Assembly: GCF_008000775.2 (NCBI RefSeq)
Contig: NZ_CP042905.2
Location: 270,001-302,000, forward strand
DNA from: Promethearchaeum syntrophicum
GTDB taxonomy: Archaea; Asgardarchaeota; Lokiarchaeia; Sigyniarchaeales; Promethearchaeaceae
DNA length: 32,000 bases
Reading direction: 5' to 3'
Part shown: piece after piece, positions 9,961 to 18,141 of the stretch
How positions within the stretch are numbered: position 1 is the stretch's first letter
Layout: each line of letters opens with the position of its first letter
The notes under the pieces: model-generated
Databases searched by the model: none
Told to the model about the DNA's origin: nothing
Seen by the model: only the letters and a program-made list of their open reading frames with translations
Position numbers and translations under genes: made by a program

Positions 9961-10424
9961 GTTGTGTATTTTGAATAGGTTTGGGGCGAAATTTAAACCG
10001 AGTTTATAGATCTCTTCAAATTTTTTCCCACTAAAATCAAATAAAGAAGGAAAAAAAAAAAATCTTTTATCTTAAGGCTACGCATACAGAACGTTTAAAT
10101 GAAGTTATTTTAATTTTACTCCCGAAATATTTCCCACTATTCTAGCGATCAATTTTTGTCGGATACAAACATTCATCAATTATTTTTATCAAATTTTATT
10201 CAATAATTTGTTTAAATCTTTCTGAATCACTCATTATCTTATATTTTCCTTTTAATCACGTGAAAAAGTGCCAAACAAAAATGTCAAATTCTTTAAATGG
10301 TGATAACTATTAAAAAAAAAATAGAAGTTCATAATTCTTGATAGGATTTGTTCAAGTACCTTTAAAATTCAAAAATTGAGTTTATTTTGATAAAAAATGA
10401 GTTAAAAAAAAATTTTTTTTTCTT

Positions 10425-11528
10425 CTAGATAATTAAATCTTTATTCATTATTTGATACCCAGATGATCTAACTATTGCAGATTTCAAGAATTGAAAACCA
10501 ATATTAACGGTAGAACCATCTCCACCAATATGAATTACATAAGGGACTTCTTTCTTGATTCCTTTATTGTACATGATTCTATAAGCTGTAGAAATTGCAT
10601 CCGCTACTGTTGCTCCAGATTCAAATAATTGATGCATCCATGAAGCTTGCCATGAGGTTACATCATCCTTACTTGTAGCTACTTCCACACAACATGTATT
10701 ATTCACATAAATACAATTCTCTTTGGCTACTAGGTAAGCTGCGTGCCCCAATTGATTCAGAAGCATTCCAGCACCACAACCGGGACAAAGTCCATATCCT
10801 GGATTTATATGAAATTGGGGAGGAATTTCTCTATGAATCACGGAATATCGTATTTTACAATCATCTTCCCCAAATGAAGCGAGTAGGTTATTTAAATTTA
10901 TATTTCGGGCTTTAACTTGACCAAAATTTTCATCAATATTCTTTTCTAAAAATTCAGGCTTCAACAAGTGGCGGAATTTACCTTGAGTTTTCAGGTATTC
11001 CAACATTTTCTCTTCATCGGTTGTAATATATTCCTTTTCAGATTCAGATTTCTTCATTCCAGGAACTGAAGTATAGTAATATTTTGGAACTCCATCTTTA
11101 ACTTTAATTGTGATTAAAGGCCAATATCCAGATTCTGTTGCTAGTTTTGAAATTTTGATAGTGTCTTTTGACGGATGACGCCAACCTCTAGGACATGGGC
11201 TATAAACTTGAATAAATCCTCCTCCAGGAGTTTTCATTGCATCCATCACTTTTCCCATGAGATCAGTAGGATAAGCCACATTTGCAGTAGCAAAGAAAGC
11301 ACTTTTATGACCAAGAAATGTAAAACCTAAGATATAATCTTCTTTAATTCCGATTTTCCCCTTAATTTTTTGTCCTCCTGGTCCTGTTGTAGTGCTGGCT
11401 CCAAATGGTGTGGTTCCACTTTCTTGAATACCAGTATTCATAAAAGCTTCGTTATCATATCCAATATATAATACTGTATTTCTTTCAGATCGTGCCAAAA
11501 TATCTGCCATTTTTATTATTTTTGTCAT
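10425..11528 (-). CDS. porB: pyruvate (2-oxoacid):ferredoxin oxidoreductase beta subunit, circularly permuted domain order
   Basis: Contains all PorB hallmarks (CPGCG, TCCVEV, LFESGATVADAI, GDGSTVNIG, YDNEAFMNTGIQ, PCPRGW, QGKFRHLLKP) but in permuted order. Start set at ATG 11528 because of RBS AAAGGAGATGATATC immediately upstream (the ORF track starts at 11564). Confidence 0.9.
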   Translation of the reverse strand: MTKIIKMADILARSERNTVLYIGYDNEAFMNTGIQESGTTPFGASTTTGPGGQKIKGKIGIKEDYILGFTFLGHKSAFFATANVAYPTDLMGKVMDAMKTPGGGFIQVYSPCPRGWRHPSKDTIKISKLATESGYWPLITIKVKDGVPKYYYTSVPGMKKSESEKEYITTDEEKMLEYLKTQGKFRHLLKPEFLEKNIDENFGQVKARNINLNNLLASFGEDDCKIRYSVIHREIPPQFHINPGYGLCPGCGAGMLLNQLGHAAYLVAKENCIYVNNTCCVEVATSKDDVTSWQASWMHQLFESGATVADAISTAYRIMYNKGIKKEVPYVIHIGGDGSTVNIGFQFLKSAIVRSSGYQIMNKDLII

Positions 11529-11545
11529 GATATCATCTCCTTTAA

Positions 11546-12772
11546 TTAAAAACGAACCTCCCACATCTTATCTTTGGATTGCCGAACTCCAAGGTAATCA
11601 TACAATTTTCCTCTATTATCCGTTATAGGTTTCATCTTTTTCGCCGCATATTCAATTTCATCTTTGGTAACATCTCGCCCACCTAATCCGACGATAAGAG
11701 ATCTAAGAACTACATTTAACCCAAAAAGCGCGCTTGCAACTGATTGGCCAACTGGAGGTAGAATTCCACTAAGATCATCATCTTTTTCAAGAATAATAAT
11801 TTTTTCAATTTTATTCTCTTCAATGATTTTTCTGAGTTTTTCAGCAGGAAACGGTCTCCATGTTCTTAACTTAATTAATCCTACATCTTTATTGTGTTCC
11901 ATCCAAGTTAGAATATTCCCACACATCGATCCCATTGTTAGAAACACTGTTTTACTAGAGCATTCTAAATTATATGTTTCAATCGAATGATAAGATCTCC
12001 CTGTCATTTTTTCAAATTCTTTGAAAGCATTATCAATTATGGGCAATACTTTATTCTTTTCTAATTCTAAAGCTAATCTTCCTTCTCCAAAATAATCAGG
12101 TGTAACAATTCCACCCCAAGTCCCTGTTTTTTCAGTATTAATATGGTGGCGTGGTTTTTTGGGAGTATATTTCAGGACATCCTCATCTGGAACTGCGAAG
12201 AATTTCTGCGCACTATGTGAAATTATAAACCCATCGTGAACAAATTGAGTTGGGAATAATGAATCTTCAGAAATTTTGGATGCAATTATTGAAGCATCAT
12301 ATGTTTCTTGAACATTTTCAGAAACAATCGTATTCCATCCCATCCCAGATAGTAATGTAAATTCCCATGAATTCCATATTGAAAGATTTGGAGAATTAAA
12401 TGCACGGGCTGATATCATCATTGTTAGCGGAACTCGCCATCCAGGGGCCATAGGTAAACATTCAGCCATTAACAATAACCCTTGAGATGCAGTAGCTATA
12501 AAAGTTCGCGCTCCAGCAGCACATGCAGCAGTACTAAACGCGCATGCCGCTAATTCAGATTCTACATTAACAAATGCCGCTTTCAACTTTCCATGGTTGA
12601 CAACATCAGATAAACCTTCCACAGATTGAGTTTGAGGCGTAATTGGAAATGCACAAATCACATCGGGATCAGTTTGACTAACGCCACCCGCAACAGCATA
12701 ATTACCTGTCATAGTTAATTCGACAGGTTCCTTGATTTCCTTGAAAAAAGGATTCATTGGTTGTACAGACAT
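11546..12772 (-). CDS. porA: pyruvate (2-oxoacid):ferredoxin oxidoreductase alpha subunit
   Basis: GNYAVAGGVSQTDPDVICAFPITPQTQSVEGLSD, FVNVESELAACAFSTAACAAGARTFIATASQGL, MISARAFNSPNLSIW; position in the operon. Confidence 0.9.
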   Translation of the reverse strand: MSVQPMNPFFKEIKEPVELTMTGNYAVAGGVSQTDPDVICAFPITPQTQSVEGLSDVVNHGKLKAAFVNVESELAACAFSTAACAAGARTFIATASQGLLLMAECLPMAPGWRVPLTMMISARAFNSPNLSIWNSWEFTLLSGMGWNTIVSENVQETYDASIIASKISEDSLFPTQFVHDGFIISHSAQKFFAVPDEDVLKYTPKKPRHHINTEKTGTWGGIVTPDYFGEGRLALELEKNKVLPIIDNAFKEFEKMTGRSYHSIETYNLECSSKTVFLTMGSMCGNILTWMEHNKDVGLIKLRTWRPFPAEKLRKIIEENKIEKIIILEKDDDLSGILPPVGQSVASALFGLNVVLRSLIVGLGGRDVTKDEIEYAAKKMKPITDNRGKLYDYLGVRQSKDKMWEVRF

Positions 12773-12785
12773 TTTTCATATCACC

Positions 12786-13796
12786 TTAGCATTTCATGAC
12801 CATAGTCAAAGCTTTATGGACCTCTCCCGTTTCTTTATCTTTCTTTCCTGGACAAACATAAACACAATTTTCGCACCCTTTACAATGAAATGCGTCAACA
12901 CCGACTATTTGCCATTTATTATCTTTAAATTCTCGTTGAATACATAAATCAGGGCAAATAAAAACACAACTGCCGCACTGTATACAATATTCTGGGTGAA
13001 AAGATGCATAACTGACTCCCCAAGATCCTGTATTTACCCGAGTTGAGCCTCCGTCTATGGCATCAGTATACCAAACTCCTGCTTTATCTAATTCTGCAGC
13101 TCCTAATTTACCTAAGCCAATGTGGCTCCATTCTTTCTTGTAATCTTTTTCAAAACTAACTTTTATTTTATCATCACAAGGAAAAATTATAGTTGCATCT
13201 GGAACTGTTTTTATTGCATCCATGTTCTTTTGTGCAATTTTTGGATTGAATTGTTCACCTATTGCAGAAATCAATTCTTCTAAAGCAAAAATTTGTGGTG
13301 CGACCTTGACTAAAGCTCCTAAAATTAAGGTATTCGTAATATTTCGCCCTAAATATTCTAACGCAATATTTGTAGCATCAATTAGTGCAACATTTATTGC
13401 TGGAGGATTATTCTTATCAATAATTTCTCGTATTTCCTCATAGGGTTTACATGTGTTTACAATCAAGTAACCCCCTGGAACCATTCCAGCAGTACAGTCT
13501 ACATCTTCAAGTAAAGTATCATCTAAGACACAACTATATTGGGGGGAGTAAACTTGCTCATTTGTTCGTACTTTATTATAGTCTTTTGACATTCGTGCAA
13601 AAGAGGCAACAGGAGATCCCATTCTTTCTGCACCAAAAGTGGGCATACAAGTAGCTGGACCATCAAATGCCATAGAACAGAGTTGGGCAGCAGTAACCGC
13701 TCCTTGACCCCCACGTCCGTGAAATCTCACAAGATATTTGGGTATATTTTCTTTATTTTCAGTCATATTTTTCATCCCATTTAAATGGAAAAACAA
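12786..13796 (-). CDS. pyruvate:ferredoxin oxidoreductase gamma-delta fusion subunit
   Basis: N-terminal gamma domain (VRFHGRGGQGAVTAAQLC) fused to delta-type 2x[4Fe-4S] ferredoxin domain (YCIQCGSCVFICPDLCI, HCKGCENCVYVCP). Confidence 0.92.
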   Translation of the reverse strand: MFFHLNGMKNMTENKENIPKYLVRFHGRGGQGAVTAAQLCSMAFDGPATCMPTFGAERMGSPVASFARMSKDYNKVRTNEQVYSPQYSCVLDDTLLEDVDCTAGMVPGGYLIVNTCKPYEEIREIIDKNNPPAINVALIDATNIALEYLGRNITNTLILGALVKVAPQIFALEELISAIGEQFNPKIAQKNMDAIKTVPDATIIFPCDDKIKVSFEKDYKKEWSHIGLGKLGAAELDKAGVWYTDAIDGGSTRVNTGSWGVSYASFHPEYCIQCGSCVFICPDLCIQREFKDNKWQIVGVDAFHCKGCENCVYVCPGKKDKETGEVHKALTMVMKC

Positions 13797-14117
13797 TAAC
13801 TAGACTTCGCTTTGTCATAATAAATGATGTCTTATAGATTTTCCTTTATCAAATTATTTAGGATAAAATCATAGCAATTACATATTTAATTGAATACAAT
13901 AGATAATTAAATCGGGTTCTAATTTTTTGGAGAACCAATCAAATGATTTCAAATATGGAATACATTTTCTAATCTTAGCTAACTTTTAGATACTAATTTA
14001 CCATTGACATAATATTCGAAGTTTAAAAAAATAGATATTTAAAAATTTTATAGAGTTATAGTATTTTTCTTGTAAAACCCTAACCATAACCTAAATGACC
14101 ATTATCTAGATGATTTA

Positions 14118-14576
14118 ATGCAAATCACAGTAAATTCAAACATTTATATAAAATTGGTTTCTATTCTTCAAAAAATTAATAAAGATCTAGGAAGTCCTGC
14201 AAATTTCAGTATGGTTCTCCAACTCATGTTTGATAGAATCAAAATTATAAGAAAACTTCAAGAGGAAAATTCGAAATTAAGAGAAAAGGTTGATGAAATG
14301 AATTTTAATATGCAAGATTTGTTACGATTATCTCTTTCTAGACCCGCTGCCCCAATTATGGCAATGGCACAATCAAATCTTCAACCATTATCTCCTCCTT
14401 CATCATTATATCCTCCAGCACCTCCCATTAGAAAGATAAAAAATATTATTCATTCTCCTCCAGAAACGTTGAATATAAAAAAAGATTTACAGATTGAATT
14501 AAATCAACTCTTAGATGGAAGTGTTCCTAAACCTTCAAAGATTAAACAACTCATAGAACAGAATATAGCAAACTAA
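14118..14576 (+). CDS. hypothetical protein: coiled-coil segment plus Pro-rich linker
   Basis: LQEENSKLREKVDEMNFNMQDLLRL, then LSPPSSLYPPAPPIRK; 152 aa. Confidence 0.5.
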   Translation: MQITVNSNIYIKLVSILQKINKDLGSPANFSMVLQLMFDRIKIIRKLQEENSKLREKVDEMNFNMQDLLRLSLSRPAAPIMAMAQSNLQPLSPPSSLYPPAPPIRKIKNIIHSPPETLNIKKDLQIELNQLLDGSVPKPSKIKQLIEQNIAN

Positions 14577-14596
14577 ATGCGTGAAAAAGAAAAAAA

Positions 14597-14923
14597 CTAA
14601 ATCTTTGATGCCCAATATGATGGATCATATCCATTAGAGATAAATTCCTTTTGATTTTTTCTAAATATTACAAAAGGTGTCCCCATTCTTGTTGGTAAAT
14701 CATATTTTGCTTGGATCCATTTCTTCAGTGAATTTTTCATAGCTAAAGGTAATTTGTCAAGATAAAGCCACTTGAAACCCACTTTTCTTTCTAATAACCA
14801 TTTTATCCCTTTTTTACAATGTGGACATGTAGTTAAACTGAAATAATAAATAGTTACATTTTGTTCTTCTAGCTTTTCTTTATTTTCAATTACCCAATTA
14901 AGTGATTCTAAATTTATGTCCAT
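14597..14923 (-). CDS. glutaredoxin/thioredoxin-fold protein with CPHC active-site motif
   Basis: TIYYFSLTTCPHCKKGIKWLL plus cis-Pro-type motif RMGTPFVIF. Start taken as ATG 14923 (MDINLES...) rather than the TTG at 15016 used by the ORF track, which overlaps the upstream gene. Confidence 0.65.
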   Translation of the reverse strand: MDINLESLNWVIENKEKLEEQNVTIYYFSLTTCPHCKKGIKWLLERKVGFKWLYLDKLPLAMKNSLKKWIQAKYDLPTRMGTPFVIFRKNQKEFISNGYDPSYWASKI

Positions 14924-14948
14924 GATAAAAGAAAATGATAAATGGGGT

Positions 14949-15932
14949 TTAAGTTTTTTCTTTTGTGAAATCGTAAATCGGGACCCCAAAAATATCCCAA
15001 ACCGGTTTTTGGTCAAAATTTACTTTTTGAATTGCAGTTGTAATAACTGGGTATTCTTTCATTAATTTTGCAAGTTCACTAATTACACTTTTACCTTGTG
15101 ATACTTGATGAATCAAATCTACACAATAATCATGAGGTGCCCCTAAGTATATTGCTTCAGTTAAAATGAGTTTTTGATATAGATCAAATGTTTGCTTTCT
15201 ATACTGGATAAAAAACTTATTTATGGTATCTTGGAATTTTGAAAAATCATCAGAATTTACTAATCCTTTATCATAACATGCATAAATCTGTTCGGAATAA
15301 TTATTTTCAAAAGCTTCCCCAATATCACTTGCAAAATCAAATAATGTTGGTTCCACTAGATGACTTAATCGCGAATTAACATTAGTCATCAAAGCAACAA
15401 AAATATGTTCTTTTTTACTGAATCTTACTTCGATTTCACCTGATTTTATTAATTGTACTCCAGATAACCAACCTATATTTTCAGCGAAGGAATTTATTGC
15501 ACTAAGCAATCCGGAAACTAAATTTTGATTAACTGGTGACTTTTCCATTTTTCCATGATAAGCTAAAAAGTGAAATAAGCATAAACCATTATTTGTGATA
15601 AAGTAAACCTCAGGAATTTTCAATGATCCTTTAAAAGAAAGAGGAGTAATTTGTCCCGTTTTAGATTTACTCCGAGAATCTTTATACTTATAATCAGGGA
15701 GAATATATTTTAAATCGATATTATTTTTAACTTGAGCTAAATAATGAAAATATAGGGAAAATTGAGAATAATTTAATGAAAATTCATTTTGAGTAAATCG
15801 AATTTCTTCTAATTTCTTATTTACTTCAACTGCAGAAATTGATAATGATTCAAAATTGTCATTTTTAATTTTCCATGATGTCACTGATTTTTTATTCAAA
15901 TCAAGATCCATGATGATAAAACTTTCATTCAT
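14949..15932 (-). CDS. hypothetical protein, possibly longin-like
   Basis: Segment IPEVYFITNNGLCLFHFLAYHG...NQNLVSGLLSAINSFAENIG resembles longin-type domains; divergent from a small GTPase gene. Domain call is by eye only. Confidence 0.45.
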   Translation of the reverse strand: MNESFIIMDLDLNKKSVTSWKIKNDNFESLSISAVEVNKKLEEIRFTQNEFSLNYSQFSLYFHYLAQVKNNIDLKYILPDYKYKDSRSKSKTGQITPLSFKGSLKIPEVYFITNNGLCLFHFLAYHGKMEKSPVNQNLVSGLLSAINSFAENIGWLSGVQLIKSGEIEVRFSKKEHIFVALMTNVNSRLSHLVEPTLFDFASDIGEAFENNYSEQIYACYDKGLVNSDDFSKFQDTINKFFIQYRKQTFDLYQKLILTEAIYLGAPHDYCVDLIHQVSQGKSVISELAKLMKEYPVITTAIQKVNFDQKPVWDIFGVPIYDFTKEKT

Positions 15933-15996
15933 CCCTAATAATTTTGCGTTACTTTTTTTTTTCGCAATTTATAACATTCATTTAAAGAAATAGTCT

Positions 15997-16563
15997 GTGT
16001 CTTTATATAATGAAAAATACCCTATAAAAATTGTAATCGCCGGTCAAGCAGGAACAGGAAAATCTACATTAATTTCTACTAAAAAAACGGGATCTTTTAA
16101 TATTGCTTCAAAAATGACTATAGGGGTAGATTTTGTAATTTTAGAAATAAACCATAATGAAAAAACGTATCAATTTTTAGTCTATGATTTAGGTGGACAG
16201 AAAAGATTTCAATTTCTTCATGATTCCTATATCAAAGGTGCTAAAGCGAGTATAATATTGTATGATTTGACTCGAATCATTACATTCAATTCAATACCAA
16301 AATGGATCGCACTTTTAATGGCAGAAAATCCTCAAATTCCAATTTTAATATGCGGATCAAAAAAAGACCTTATTCAATATGAAGATATCAAGAATTTTGA
16401 GAACAAATGGATTGATTTTGTATCCAAAATTCCAAAAAATTGTAATATAATCGGTCATATTTTTACTTCCTCGAAAACTATGGAAGGAATTGATTCAATT
16501 TTTTATACTTTAGCTGATTATTTAATGTTATCTATAGAGTCCTACATTTCTAAAAAGATATAA
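15997..16563 (+). CDS. Ras/Rab-superfamily small GTPase
   Basis: P-loop GQAGTGKST, G3 VYDLGGQKRF, G4-like CGSKKD, G5-like TSSKT. Confidence 0.85.
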   Translation: MSLYNEKYPIKIVIAGQAGTGKSTLISTKKTGSFNIASKMTIGVDFVILEINHNEKTYQFLVYDLGGQKRFQFLHDSYIKGAKASIILYDLTRIITFNSIPKWIALLMAENPQIPILICGSKKDLIQYEDIKNFENKWIDFVSKIPKNCNIIGHIFTSSKTMEGIDSIFYTLADYLMLSIESYISKKI

Positions 16564-16596
16564 AAAAATGCTTCTTTTTTTTATTAGGTAAAAAAA

Positions 16597-18123
16597 ATGC
16601 CATTAGTTGAATTAGTTCCAAATTTTTCAGAAGGTCGTAGACAAGATGTAATCGATAAAATTCTTGCTGCGATGAAAGAAGGTAGTAATGCAAAGATCTT
16701 AGATTCAAGAGCAGATCCAGACCATAATCGATTAGTTGTTACATTAGTTGGGGAACCCGAAGAAGTTTTTAATGCAGGGTTTGCAGGAATTAAAACTGCT
16801 GGCGAATTAATTGACATGGATAATCATTCGGGTGAGCATCCGCGTATCGGAGCCACAGATGTAGTTCCATTTGTACCAATAAGTGGAATTACTCTCGAAG
16901 AATGCAACAATTTAGCAAACAGATTAGCAGAAAAGGTTTCAAAGGAATTAAAAATTCCTACTTATCTTTATGAAGCTTCAGCTAAACGACCAGACCGAGT
17001 AAATCTTGCTAATATTCGAAAAGGACAATATGAAGGATTAAAAGAAGCGATAAAGACAGATCCTGAAAGAAAACCTGATTTTGGCCCTTCAATTCTTCCA
17101 AAAGCAGGAGCGACAGTAATTGGCGCTCGTGAATTTTTAATTGCATATAATATCTATCTCAATACAACAAACGTTGAAATAGCAAAAACTATTGGGCGTA
17201 ATATTCGACATAAAAACGGAGGATTTCATTATGTGAAATCGATGGGATTTGAAACCAAACCGTTCGTTCAAGTTTCCATGAATCTTACGAATTATAAAGG
17301 AACCCCTATGCACATGGTTGTCGATACAGTTAGAAATGAAGCTGCCCGATATGGGGTGTCAATTATTGAGACCGAGGTTTATGGAATGATTCCTGTTGAT
17401 GCTTTACTAGAGTCATCAGAACATTATTTGCAATTAAATGATAAATGGGATCGCTCTCAAATTATTGAGAAGAAGATGGAAAGCAAAGGATCGGAAAAAT
17501 CTTTGGAAAATCTATCGGTTAATGAATTTCTTAGTGAATTAGCTTCAGATAGTCCTGCACCAGGAGGAGGTTCTGCATCTTGTGTCGCCGGTGCAATGGG
17601 TGCTGGATTAGCTGCAATGGTTTCAAGATTAACTCTTGGGAAGAAAGGATATGAAGAGTTAGAGCCATTCTTCAGTGAGAAAATAAGCCAATTGGATAGT
17701 CATTATAAGACATTAACAAAATTAATTGATAAAGACGCAAACGCATTTAATGGCGTAATTGCAGCTTTTAAACTTCCTAAAGATACAGAGGATGCAAAAG
17801 CAAAACGTTCTGCAAAAATACAAGAAGAGTACAAAAATGCAGCTTTAATTCCAATGGAAACAGTGAGAACTTGTAAATCTGTATTAGATATTATCTTGGA
17901 AATTGGAACCAAAGGAAATAAGAACGCAATGTCTGATATTGCAGTTGCTACCCTAAATACTTTAACAGGATTAAAAGGTGCAGCTTTTAATGTAGAAATA
18001 AACCTACCCTCAATTAAAGATCAAACATTCAATGCAGAAATGAAGAAAGAACTTGCAGTAATTATGAAAGGTTTAGACGATAAAGTATTAAAATTGATTA
18101 GTGAAGCAAAATCGAAATTTTAA
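16597..18123 (+). CDS. fused glutamate formiminotransferase / formiminotetrahydrofolate cyclodeaminase
   Basis: N-terminal LVELVPNFSEGRR...HSGEHPRIGATDVVPFVPI...RPDRVNLANIRKGQYEG; C-terminal LSELASDSPAPGGGSASCVAGAMGAGLAAMV. Confidence 0.92.
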   Translation: MPLVELVPNFSEGRRQDVIDKILAAMKEGSNAKILDSRADPDHNRLVVTLVGEPEEVFNAGFAGIKTAGELIDMDNHSGEHPRIGATDVVPFVPISGITLEECNNLANRLAEKVSKELKIPTYLYEASAKRPDRVNLANIRKGQYEGLKEAIKTDPERKPDFGPSILPKAGATVIGAREFLIAYNIYLNTTNVEIAKTIGRNIRHKNGGFHYVKSMGFETKPFVQVSMNLTNYKGTPMHMVVDTVRNEAARYGVSIIETEVYGMIPVDALLESSEHYLQLNDKWDRSQIIEKKMESKGSEKSLENLSVNEFLSELASDSPAPGGGSASCVAGAMGAGLAAMVSRLTLGKKGYEELEPFFSEKISQLDSHYKTLTKLIDKDANAFNGVIAAFKLPKDTEDAKAKRSAKIQEEYKNAALIPMETVRTCKSVLDIILEIGTKGNKNAMSDIAVATLNTLTGLKGAAFNVEINLPSIKDQTFNAEMKKELAVIMKGLDDKVLKLISEAKSKF

Positions 18124-18141
18124 TTTATATATGTCATTTTT

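Noticed and set aside
10425-11528. Alternative idea that porB is a truncated pseudogene because it ends soon after GDG
   Set aside because: The missing C-terminal half is present upstream in the same frame, so all catalytic motifs are retained; permutation explains it better.
11664-13714. Antisense ORFs over the por operon
   Set aside because: They overlap well-supported porA/porGD coding sequence; no RBS or recognisable domain.
14924-15016. Extended N-terminus of the CPHC protein beginning at TTG
   Set aside because: Overlaps the stop region of 14949-15932; ATG 14923 is the more natural start.
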